A DNA stretch of 28,950 nt, taken from contig DYFC01000014.1 of assembly GCA_020725385.1 (NCBI GenBank), positions 1 to 28,950 on the forward strand. The letters run 5' to 3'. Numbering within the stretch: position 1 is the stretch's first letter; each line of letters starts with the position of its first letter. Below the pieces are notes generated by a model that had not been told where the DNA came from, did not search any database, and saw only the letters and a program-made list of their open reading frames with translations. This document shows, piece by piece, positions 19,732-28,881 of the stretch. Source of the DNA: Nitrospira japonica. GTDB lineage: Bacteria > Nitrospirota > Thermodesulfovibrionia > Thermodesulfovibrionales > SM23-35. The position numbers and the translations under genes were made by a program.

Positions 19732-21102
19732 TCAAGCCTCAATCCCGTACTCCTTAATCTTAGTTAACAAGGTCTTATAACTTACCTGAAGTATTTCTGC
19801 GGCTTTTGTCTTGTTACCTTTGGTTTGTTTAAGTACATCGAGTATCCGCTGTGTTTCAACTTTTCTTGTGGCTTCTTTTGAGACGTATTCAAGTGTTCCG
19901 CTAATCATTTCAGGTTTTTCTCCAGGAGAGGTTTTTGTGTATTTATCAAGAATAAAATGTTCGGGAGTAATAATATCTCCTTCACAAAGTATGACAGCCC
20001 TTTCTATTGCGTTCTCGAGCTCTCTAACGTTCCCTTTCCAGTAATAATTTGAAAGAAGCTCAAGAGCTTCTTTCGATATTTCCTTAACAGGTGTTTTAAT
20101 TTCCTGACAGTATTTCTTAATAAAGAAATCTACGAGTAAAGGTATATCTTCTTTTCTTTCGCGAAGTGGAGGTATTTGTATAGGAAATACATTCAACCTG
20201 TAAAACAGATCTTCACGAAACTTTTTTTCTTCAACAGCTTTCTCAAGGTCTTTATTGCTTGCAGCAACTATTCTGACATCAACTCTTACTGGTTTGATAG
20301 CTCCAACCCTTTCGATCTCGCCTGTTTCGATTGCGCGAAGCAATTTAGATTGCAGGGTTAAATCCATGTCTCCAACCTCATCAAGAAAAATAGTTCCATG
20401 ATCAGCTAGTTCAAATTTGCCAAGTTTTTTTGTATCAGCACTTGTAAAAGAACCTTTTTCGTGTCCGAATAATTCTGATTCGAGTAAATCTCTCGGTATA
20501 GCAGCACAATTAATAGGTACAAATGGATATTCTTTTCTTGGACTAAGATTATGTATTGCTCTTGCAAAAAGTTCTTTGCCTGTTCCGCTTTCACCGATAA
20601 GAAGTACCGTTGTTTTTGTTGGCGCAACTTTTTGAACAATCTGTGCTACATTTATAATACTTTTACTTTTTCCAATTATGCGGGGAATTCCGAGTTTTGT
20701 AGCAAATTCTTCTTTCAAGAGAAGATTTTCTGTGATAAGCCTCTGGGTTTCGATTGCTCTCTTTATCATCATTAGAAGATGGTCAGTATCAAAAGGCTTT
20801 GTGATGAAATCAAAAGCTCCCAGTTTCATGGCTTCTACAGCAGTTTCAACAGAACCATAGGCAGTCATTATTATTACAGGAACCATGGAATTTTCTTCCT
20901 TAGATGCTTTAAGGACATCTATCCCGTCTTTTATCGGGACTTTGAGATCTGTAAGAACAAGGTCAATTCTGTTTTCCCTGAGAAGTTTGATTCCTTTCTC
21001 ACCATCTTCTGCTATAAATACACTATATCCCTCTGATTCAAGAGTTTCTTTGAGCATTTCTGCCATTGATTCCTTGTCTTCAATTACAAGAATGGTTTCC
21101 AT
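19732..21102 (-). CDS. sigma54-dependent response regulator (NtrC/AtoC family; REC-AAA+-Fis HTH)
   Basis: REC (IED, LTDL, KPF), GESGTGKE, ESELFGHEKGSFTSA, FLDEVG, FREDLFYRL, WKGNVRELEN, NKTKAAEILQVS. Confidence 0.95.
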   Translation of the reverse strand: METILVIEDKESMAEMLKETLESEGYSVFIAEDGEKGIKLLRENRIDLVLTDLKVPIKDGIDVLKASKEENSMVPVIIMTAYGSVETAVEAMKLGAFDFITKPFDTDHLLMMIKRAIETQRLITENLLLKEEFATKLGIPRIIGKSKSIINVAQIVQKVAPTKTTVLLIGESGTGKELFARAIHNLSPRKEYPFVPINCAAIPRDLLESELFGHEKGSFTSADTKKLGKFELADHGTIFLDEVGDMDLTLQSKLLRAIETGEIERVGAIKPVRVDVRIVAASNKDLEKAVEEKKFREDLFYRLNVFPIQIPPLRERKEDIPLLVDFFIKKYCQEIKTPVKEISKEALELLSNYYWKGNVRELENAIERAVILCEGDIITPEHFILDKYTKTSPGEKPEMISGTLEYVSKEATRKVETQRILDVLKQTKGNKTKAAEILQVSYKTLLTKIKEYGIEA

Positions 21103-21896
21103 TAGTTTACTTTTGCATTGGTTAGTGCTTCCTTACAGGAACATTTTCTGATTTCTGGTAAAAGTAATATAGTTTTCTTTATGAGATTTTTCAATAAAGC
21201 ATTGGTTTTATCCATGTTTTCAATAACTTCAGTCGCTGTAAGTTTTTTAGCAGTAATTCCTGCTGCATAATTGGTGACAATTGCAATAGAAGCATAACAG
21301 ATTTCTGCTTCTCTGGCAAGACAGGCTTCAGGCATTCCTGTCATTCCAACAATATCGGCTCTTATTTGAGAGTAGAATTCTATTTCTGCTTTTGTTTCAA
21401 GTCTTGGACCATTTGTACAGAGATAGGTTCCGGATTTCCTCAGGTTAATTCCAAGAGTATTTCCTGCTTCAATAATAAAGTTTCTCAATTCCGGGCAATA
21501 AGGTTCGGTGAAATCAATATGAACTACACCTTCTTTGCCATCAAAAAAAGTTGTTTCTCTGCCATTTGTCATATCTATTATCTGATCAGGAACAACAATT
21601 GTACCCGGAGACATTAAAGCATCTATGCTACCTGTTGCTCCTGTTGCAATTATTCTTTCAATGCCGAGCTTCTTAAATCCCCAGATATTTGCCCTGTAAT
21701 TTATTTTATGCGGCGGAATAGTATGATTTGTTCCGTGTCTTGGCAAGAAAGCTAAATTTATGCCCGATAAATCAACAATAGTATAAGAGTCCGAAGGAGT
21801 TCCATAAGGAGTAGAAATATCTATCTTTTCTCTAATTATTGCTCCTTCGATATTATATAGACCGCTACCACCAATTATGCCGATCATAATTTTCAT
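21102..21896 (-). CDS. mtnP: S-methyl-5'-thioadenosine/thioinosine phosphorylase
   Basis: IGIIGGSGLY, TPYG, PRHG, NYRANI, GPRLETKAE, VGMTGMPEA; TNYA rather than TDYD suggests a 6-oxopurine (MTI) preference. Confidence 0.9.
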   Translation of the reverse strand: MKIMIGIIGGSGLYNIEGAIIREKIDISTPYGTPSDSYTIVDLSGINLAFLPRHGTNHTIPPHKINYRANIWGFKKLGIERIIATGATGSIDALMSPGTIVVPDQIIDMTNGRETTFFDGKEGVVHIDFTEPYCPELRNFIIEAGNTLGINLRKSGTYLCTNGPRLETKAEIEFYSQIRADIVGMTGMPEACLAREAEICYASIAIVTNYAAGITAKKLTATEVIENMDKTNALLKNLIKKTILLLPEIRKCSCKEALTNAKVN

Positions 21897-22089
21897 TCAA
21901 ACATTTTACCATAATATTAATCATGAAAATATATAAATGTTGTGTTGTAATTTAACCACACTGAATATTAAGACATAACACAAAAGGTCTAATTTACAAC
22001 TTAAAGTAATACTTTATCTGTCGTTGTAAAGATGCTGTTTTGAGACAATATGTTATATGTTAAAGTAAAAAATAATAATATTCCATGTC

Positions 22090-22105
22090 TGGCATTTTAT
22101 TTGCT
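22090..22105 (+). promoter_or_regulatory. sigma54 (-24/-12) promoter of lpxC
   Basis: TGGCAT-TTTAT-TTGCT, GG-N10-GC spacing, ends 14 nt before the lpxC ATG. Confidence 0.8.
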
Positions 22106-22119
22106 TTCATATAATAACG

Positions 22120-22998
22120 ATGCGTTTACAGAGAACTATAAGAGAAGAAATTATTATAGAAGGTATAGGTTTACACACAGGAAGTTTCTCAAGGGTGTGT
22201 ATAAAACCAGCACCGCGTGATAATGGTATTGTTTTTATTCGTACTGACAAGAATGTTTCTATAAGAGCGAATGTTAATTCAGTATCTGACACAGCATTCG
22301 CGACTACGCTCGGTTATAATGGAACAAAAGTAAGAACTGTTGAACATGTGCTTGCAGCACTTTCAGGACTTGGGATAGACAATGCTTTTATTGAGGTTTA
22401 CGGTAAGGAGATACCCATTCTCGATGGCAGTTCTCTTGAGATTTCAGACATGATAATAAAAAGTGGAATAGCGAAGCAAAGCAAGAAAAGACCTTATATA
22501 AAAATTACATCACCGGTTACTCTATCCGATGGAAATGCAGAAATAGCTGTAGTTCCTTACAATGGAAGACGCATTACTTACAGAATTCACTTTAATCACC
22601 ATTTGCTCGGAGAACAGGCTATGAGTATTGAGCTTACAGAAGAAAATTTTATCATGGAAATTGCTCCTGCAAGGACATTCGGATTCCTCAAAGATGTCGA
22701 ATATCTTAAAGCCAATGGTTTTGCGCGTGGCGGCTCATTTGAGAATGCAATTATTCTTGGTGATCATGGTGTGCTGAATTCAACAGGATTGAGATACAAA
22801 GATGAGTTTGTAAGACATAAGATACTTGATTTGATAGGGGATTTTTCATTATGCGGGTTCCCCATATACGGCCATATTATTGCAAATAAATCAGGACATA
22901 CCACAAATATAAAGTTCCTAAAAAAGCTTCTTATGAGTAACGACCATTGGGAGCTTGTCTCTGAAAATTTACAACAGCCTGCCGTGATATATTCTTAA
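22120..22998 (+). CDS. lpxC: UDP-3-O-acyl-GlcNAc deacetylase
   Basis: QRTI, GIGLHTG, TVEH, PILDGS, ARTFGF, EFVRHKILDLIGD, SGH. Confidence 0.97.
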   Translation: MRLQRTIREEIIIEGIGLHTGSFSRVCIKPAPRDNGIVFIRTDKNVSIRANVNSVSDTAFATTLGYNGTKVRTVEHVLAALSGLGIDNAFIEVYGKEIPILDGSSLEISDMIIKSGIAKQSKKRPYIKITSPVTLSDGNAEIAVVPYNGRRITYRIHFNHHLLGEQAMSIELTEENFIMEIAPARTFGFLKDVEYLKANGFARGGSFENAIILGDHGVLNSTGLRYKDEFVRHKILDLIGDFSLCGFPIYGHIIANKSGHTTNIKFLKKLLMSNDHWELVSENLQQPAVIYS

Positions 22999-23082
22999 AA
23001 AATCATTTAAAAACAATGTGTTATAAATTTTACTTGAATTTTCCCCCCATAATAGAGTTACATATTTAGGTAAGAAGACCGC

Positions 23083-23115
23083 AAAAGAAAGGCTGGAGAG
23101 GTTCATCCCCAGCCT
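23083..23115 (-). terminator. intrinsic terminator of the wHTH-micropeptide unit
   Basis: Minus strand AGGCTGGGGA-TGAACC-TCTCCAGCCT then TTCTTTT; the G-U pair works only on the minus strand. Confidence 0.75.
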
Positions 23116-23147
23116 CAAATAATGAGTCAGTACTTTTGAATGGTAAC

Positions 23148-23207
23148 TTATTTTTTCTTTGCGGTCTTCTTTGCCGGTTTCTTTGCTGCTTTCTTTGTTG
23201 CTGCCAT
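23148..23207 (-). CDS. 19-aa Lys/Ala-rich histone-H1-like micropeptide MAATKKAAKKPAKKTAKKK (absent from the ORF track)
   Basis: Strong SD GGGGGTGA (23214-23221) 6 nt before ATG; ATG GCA start; xAKK repeats; TAA stop followed by a terminator. Confidence 0.75.
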   Translation of the reverse strand: MAATKKAAKKPAKKTAKKK

Positions 23208-23225
23208 TTATATTCACCCCCTTTC

Positions 23226-23253
23226 TTTCCGCACATTTAAAAATATGCGGAAA
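23226..23253 (-). other. intercistronic hairpin upstream of micropeptide SD
   Basis: TTTCCGCA-CATTT-AA-AAATA-TGCGGAAA inverted repeat; no U-tract on the minus strand, so more likely a stabiliser or processing stem than a terminator. Confidence 0.5.
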
Positions 23254-23263
23254 TAATCCTCAC

Positions 23264-23812
23264 CTATAGTCTTCCTATAAGTGTAATCCGCTTGCCTGAT
23301 AAAATCTTTTTCAGGCTTGAATCACCTTTTTTCTTTTTAACCTTATATTCGTCTTCGTCCATAAGAATGTAATCTATCTCATGGTTGAATCTTCTTTCTA
23401 TATCTTTTAGATCTTTTGCCAGCGAAGAAGATGAAGCGCCGAGAACAAAAAGATTAACAGGGGCTTCGTCATCACCTTCAGCATAAGGCCCGAAAATAAA
23501 GGCAGCCTTGGCGCCTGAAGCTCTAAGGACAGCTTTAAGAGCACCGGGCAATCCAAGGGATTTTGTAATAAGATTTTTAAGTTCTGAAAAGAGAGGAGAT
23601 TCTTTGTTAGCCTGAAAGTATTTTAGGTTGACAATTTTTTCGCTCGTAACGATTCCCATTTTTTCAAGATTATCGAGCTCACGCTTAATGCCTGAAGGAT
23701 TCTTGCGGAGGAGTTTGGCTATCTCCCTGATGTAAAACTGTTCATCAGGGCTATTAAGCAACAAAGAAAGAACATCTGCTCTTATTGATGATGAAAATAA
23801 ATTTTTTAGCAT
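23264..23812 (-). CDS. winged-HTH protein fused to a degenerate minimal nucleotidyltransferase (MNT)-like domain
   Basis: LFSSSIRADVL..FYIREIAKLL..IKRELDNLEKMGIV wHTH; AFIFGPYAEG...VNLFVLG resembles the GS..DxD fold with catalytic residues lost. ATG 23812 chosen because the promoter lies inside the longer ORF call. Confidence 0.8.
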   Translation of the reverse strand: MLKNLFSSSIRADVLSLLLNSPDEQFYIREIAKLLRKNPSGIKRELDNLEKMGIVTSEKIVNLKYFQANKESPLFSELKNLITKSLGLPGALKAVLRASGAKAAFIFGPYAEGDDEAPVNLFVLGASSSSLAKDLKDIERRFNHEIDYILMDEDEYKVKKKKGDSSLKKILSGKRITLIGRL

Positions 23813-23823
23813 TTTTATATACC

Positions 23824-23860
23824 TGTATATGTTTATACAATAAAAAATTCTATTTGTCAA
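23824..23860 (-). promoter_or_regulatory. sigma70 promoter with overlapping palindromic operator
   Basis: TTGACA (23855-23860) - 17 nt - TATAAA (23832-23837); perfect inverted repeat TGTATA-N4-TATACA (23824-23839). Confidence 0.7.
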
Positions 23861-23940
23861 CAAAAAAATTATATTTGAGAACAAATGATGCAAATTTGTG
23901 AACGATTATATATTTGGTACAGTTGTTTACAATTAATCAA

Positions 23941-24801
23941 CTATTGTTGTCTGTTAATCATATTTAATACTTTTGCAATATTTTCGGGATCGTCTCCTGG
24001 TTTCTTTTTTGGCGTTTCAAGAATGATGGGTATGTACCTGAAAGATGGATGATTAATGAATGTCTCTAATCCTTTTATTCCGATTTTCCCCAAGCCTATA
24101 TGTTCATGACGGTCAAGTCCCGAGCCTGCATTTCCTTTTGAATCATTCAGGTGTATAAGCTTAATCATATTAAGCCCCGTGTACTTTTTCAGTTCATATA
24201 CTGTTTTTTTAATGGCAGCTTCTGTGCTTATATCATAACCGGCAGTAAAAGCATGACATGTATCTAAACAGATACCGCCAATTAAATATTCAGGCAAAGA
24301 AGCAATGATTTTAGATATGTCATTAAAGGAAGATGATATGTCCCCGGATTTGCCCGATGTATTCTCGATAAGAATCTTTGTTTTCCATCTCTTTATTTTG
24401 GAAACTTCTGTTAGGCTGGCTATAGCTCTCTTTAATGAAATATCTTTATCTTCTCCTGATGAACTGCCCGGATGCAATATTACATATTCTGCTCCAATTT
24501 GGTCAGCTATATCTAATTCTAATGAGAGTAAGGTAATGGATTTATCCCTTAATTCTTGATTCCCAGACGCAATATTAATAAGGTAAGATGCGTGTATAAA
24601 AACAGGTGAAATATCAAATTTTGAACGCCACTCTTTAAATCGAACAACTTCAACTGGTTCGATTTGCTTCAAATTCCATGTTCTCGGATTGTGCGAAAAA
24701 ATCTGAATAGTTTTACACCCGAGTTCATGTGCTCTCTGAAGGCTAAGGGAAATTCCTCCTGCTATTGATGTATGTACTCCAATCCTTCTTTTGCATTTCA
24801 T
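23941..24801 (-). CDS. nfo: endonuclease IV
   Basis: IGVHTSIAGG, QIF, HASYLIN, HPGS, IENTSG, CLDTCH, HLNDSK, DRHEHIG, ILETP. Confidence 0.96.
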   Translation of the reverse strand: MKCKRRIGVHTSIAGGISLSLQRAHELGCKTIQIFSHNPRTWNLKQIEPVEVVRFKEWRSKFDISPVFIHASYLINIASGNQELRDKSITLLSLELDIADQIGAEYVILHPGSSSGEDKDISLKRAIASLTEVSKIKRWKTKILIENTSGKSGDISSSFNDISKIIASLPEYLIGGICLDTCHAFTAGYDISTEAAIKKTVYELKKYTGLNMIKLIHLNDSKGNAGSGLDRHEHIGLGKIGIKGLETFINHPSFRYIPIILETPKKKPGDDPENIAKVLNMINRQQ

Positions 24802-24804
24802 GTA

Positions 24805-26091
<1,287 letters not shown>

Positions 26092-26192
26092 TTAATTTTC
26101 ATAAAAACATTTTATTTAAAATTGATTTGCTTTACAATAAAAAAATACACTAAATCAAAAATTCAGCTTTTAAGAATAATAATCTGGTTATA

Positions 26193-27806
26193 TTGAAAAT
26201 GTTATATAAAGAAAAAAATCTCAGCTTTATATTAATTGTTTTAATTGTTTTATTTACATTTCTTTCCCTTTATAAATTGGGTTCTTTTACTCTTTTTGAT
26301 GTTGATGAGGCAGTTTTTGCTCAAGCCACAAAAGAAATGATAGAAAGCGGTGACTGGATTACTCCAACTTATAACGGTGAAAATCGATATGACAAACCTA
26401 TTCTTTTCTATTGGCTAATGGCTTTTTCATACAAAATATTCGGTGTCAATGAATTTGGAGCACGTTTTATATCAGCTTTTTCCGGGATTATCTTATGTAT
26501 TGCATTGTTTTTTTTCATCAGAAAATATTCGGATATAAAAACTGCAGCATATTCATCGGTTTCAATGGCGCTATCTCCTTTTTATTTTGGTTATTCGCAT
26601 GCTGCTGTTACGGATATGACACTTACATTATTTATAACACTGTCTTTATTTTCTTTTTTCCTTTCATTGAAAATAAATTCAAGATATATTTATGGTTTTT
26701 ATTTCTTTTCAGCACTTGCCTTTCTCACAAAGGGGCTCATAGGAATTTTGTTCCCTTTCGGGATTTCATTAATTTATCTTCTGTTGTCCGGACAGCACAA
26801 AAAAATCAAAACAATTTTTACTTTCGGCGGATTAATTGTTTTTTTGATTGTGGCACTGCCATGGTATGTTATTGAATACAAAATAAATGGATATGAGTTT
26901 ATAGACCAATTTTTTATAAAACATCATTTTAAAAGATACGCTGATGTTGTATCAGGGCACAAAGGAGTATTTTATTACTATATTCCTGTTATAGTCTTCG
27001 GGCTTTTCCCCTGGATTGTTTTTCTGCCGGCCGGGGTTCCAGGAATTTTAAAATACATGAGGGATTCTTATACGTTAAAAAATAATATCAGAAAAGATGA
27101 TTTTGATGTAAAATTTTTTGCAATAGTCTGGCTTTTATTTATTCTGGTATTTTTTACTTTTTCCACAACAAAACTTCCAAATTATATCTTGCCTGCTGTG
27201 CCCGCAGCCTGTTTGCTTATAGGATATGGCATTGTTAATGAACAAATTAAGTTTAAAAAGTATATTAATCTGACAGGTGGAATAGTTTCACTAATTCTCG
27301 CTGTGAGCTGTTTTTTTCTGAAGGGATATATTGAAAACATAACACCGGGAAATACTCAATGGATAATTATTGCCGGTTTTTTGCTGTTTTTATATAGTTT
27401 TTTAAATTTCTATTCTTATATATATGGTAAGACAATATTTGAAGTTAAATCTTTGTTAATATTTATTTTCTTTCTCTTTATATTAGTTAACGCAGTGCCT
27501 GTGTTAAATCAACAGCTTCAGGGAATGTTGTATAGATTTAGTATTTATGCGAAGGAACATTTCAAAAATGATGAGAAAATAATTCTATACAATACAAGCA
27601 ATCCGAGCATTGTTTTCTATTCAGGAATGAAAGTTATACATGAAACAAGGCTGGCAGGTCTGGATAATCTTCAAAAAAAATATCCTTGCATTTACATAAT
27701 AGCAAAAACACGTAGCGTAAAAAATTTATTGAATTCAGGTTATACAATCATAGAAAAAGACAGCAATTATGCGATATTCAAAAAAGGATGCAATGGCACA
27801 GGATGA
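26193..27806 (+). CDS. ArnT/PMT-like GT-C membrane glycosyltransferase
   Basis: DVDEAVFA, EMIESGDWITP, DKPILFYW, ARF, FLTKG, LPWY, TKLPNYILP; many TM helices. Start may be ATG 26199. Confidence 0.88.
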   Translation: MKMLYKEKNLSFILIVLIVLFTFLSLYKLGSFTLFDVDEAVFAQATKEMIESGDWITPTYNGENRYDKPILFYWLMAFSYKIFGVNEFGARFISAFSGIILCIALFFFIRKYSDIKTAAYSSVSMALSPFYFGYSHAAVTDMTLTLFITLSLFSFFLSLKINSRYIYGFYFFSALAFLTKGLIGILFPFGISLIYLLLSGQHKKIKTIFTFGGLIVFLIVALPWYVIEYKINGYEFIDQFFIKHHFKRYADVVSGHKGVFYYYIPVIVFGLFPWIVFLPAGVPGILKYMRDSYTLKNNIRKDDFDVKFFAIVWLLFILVFFTFSTTKLPNYILPAVPAACLLIGYGIVNEQIKFKKYINLTGGIVSLILAVSCFFLKGYIENITPGNTQWIIIAGFLLFLYSFLNFYSYIYGKTIFEVKSLLIFIFFLFILVNAVPVLNQQLQGMLYRFSIYAKEHFKNDEKIILYNTSNPSIVFYSGMKVIHETRLAGLDNLQKKYPCIYIIAKTRSVKNLLNSGYTIIEKDSNYAIFKKGCNGTG

Positions 27807-27818
27807 ATTCTTAAGGGA

Positions 27819-28526
27819 TTATTTATTTTGATGGCAATCTTTACACATGTTAGAACTGCTGTTATCCGCTCTGAGTAACAACTCTTGAGATTGTGAAGGT
27901 ACTAAATTGTTTGAAGGATAATGAGGATTATGGCAGGTTGTACATTCAAAGCGGGTATAATCCGGGCCATATAAAGGGTAATATGTGCCTGTCCTTAGAC
28001 CAAAGATTCCTTTTCTTATGATATTACCCGGGATAATTGTTATAGGTGGAAATTTGTTATTATCAATATCTTTCATTGGCTCGTATTGAAAACAGACAGG
28101 ATGATTTTTATTAAAATCTATTAATTCACTTACAGGGTCAGAGTAATTCTCTTCATCAAGAAAGGGAAGGGTATTAATCATCAATACACTGAAAACTCCA
28201 TTGTGGCAGCCCATACATAAAAAGGTTGTTGACTGTTCCTGAGGAGACATTTTCATATCATTTGTTGAAGAATTGTATAAATTATAACTTACGTTTCCCG
28301 TAGTTATTTCCCATAAGGGAATTTGCGTTTCCTCTGAAGTGAATACATGGCAAATGTTACATTGTTTTGTGCTCGAGTCATGTGGAGACCCTATAATTGA
28401 TGCATGAATAAAGCAAGGTAGGATGAAAAATATTGAGGCGAGGAAAAAAAGAAAAATAGCAGATTTATTTACAGACAAAAGTAAGATATTAAATTTAAAT
28501 TTAAACGTCAATGGATTTTCTCCCAT
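27819..28526 (-). CDS. secreted tetraheme c-type cytochrome, OmcE-like
   Basis: Four CxxCH motifs (CNICH, CMGCH, CTTCH, CKDCH), signal peptide ending IHA, PHD/PLW/NHPV/CHNPH/LRADN pattern. Start uncertain: ATG 28526, or TTG 28511 with a GGGAG SD. Confidence 0.8.
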   Translation of the reverse strand: MGENPLTFKFKFNILLLSVNKSAIFLFFLASIFFILPCFIHASIIGSPHDSSTKQCNICHVFTSEETQIPLWEITTGNVSYNLYNSSTNDMKMSPQEQSTTFLCMGCHNGVFSVLMINTLPFLDEENYSDPVSELIDFNKNHPVCFQYEPMKDIDNNKFPPITIIPGNIIRKGIFGLRTGTYYPLYGPDYTRFECTTCHNPHYPSNNLVPSQSQELLLRADNSSSNMCKDCHQNK

Positions 28527-28556
28527 GCAGTAAATTAAAGCAAAAGCTAATAATAG

Positions 28557-28586
28557 AATATAAGCAAAAGCTTTATTTATTGTCAA
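28557..28586 (-). promoter_or_regulatory. possible sigma70 promoter of the cytochrome gene
   Basis: TTGACA (28581-28586) - 18 nt - TATATT (28557-28562). Confidence 0.5.
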
Positions 28587-28815
28587 GGGAAAATTAAGGA
28601 AAGTCTTTCTGATAGGCTATCATCTTGATATTAATTGTTATTTGACTTTGAGAGTATGTTTAAATTGTTGTCAAAAAATTAACAGTTGCTATTTTAAGGT
28701 AACATTTTTTCGAGCATCTATAGGGTTTCATTTTAACCCGGAAAGTGCAAAGAACAAAAAGGGAAGAGAACAATGAGTGAAAATTAAAATGCGAAAGAAG
28801 GGGGTAAATAGTTAC

Positions 28816-28881
28816 CTGTTGCCTCACATAAAAATCTAAACGAAAAGTTTCTCTGTTGCCTCATTAAAATTATAAACGAAA
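28816..28881. repeat. imperfect tandem direct repeat (2 x ~30 nt, period 37)
   Basis: CTGTTGCCTCACATAAAAATCTAAACGAAA (28816-28845) / CTGTTGCCTCATTAAAATTATAAACGAAA (28853-28881). Confidence 0.7.

Noticed and set aside
23029-23066. Plus-strand promoter for an antisense RNA to the micropeptide
   Set aside because: Only weak matches (TTTACT-N18-TAGAGT; TTGAAT without a good -10); kept as a hypothesis, not called
22969-23217. 82-aa minus-strand ORF from the track
   Set aside because: Its GTG start lies inside the SD of the 19-aa ORF, it runs through the terminator and overlaps lpxC; the 19-aa frame is better supported
23813-23893. N-terminal 27 aa of the wHTH ORF in the track
   Set aside because: Covers the promoter and operator; family-like sequence begins at MLKNLFSS
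28527-28586. TTG 28586 start for the cytochrome
   Set aside because: The TTG is part of a TTGACA -35 box and would give an over-long leader with two hydrophobic segments
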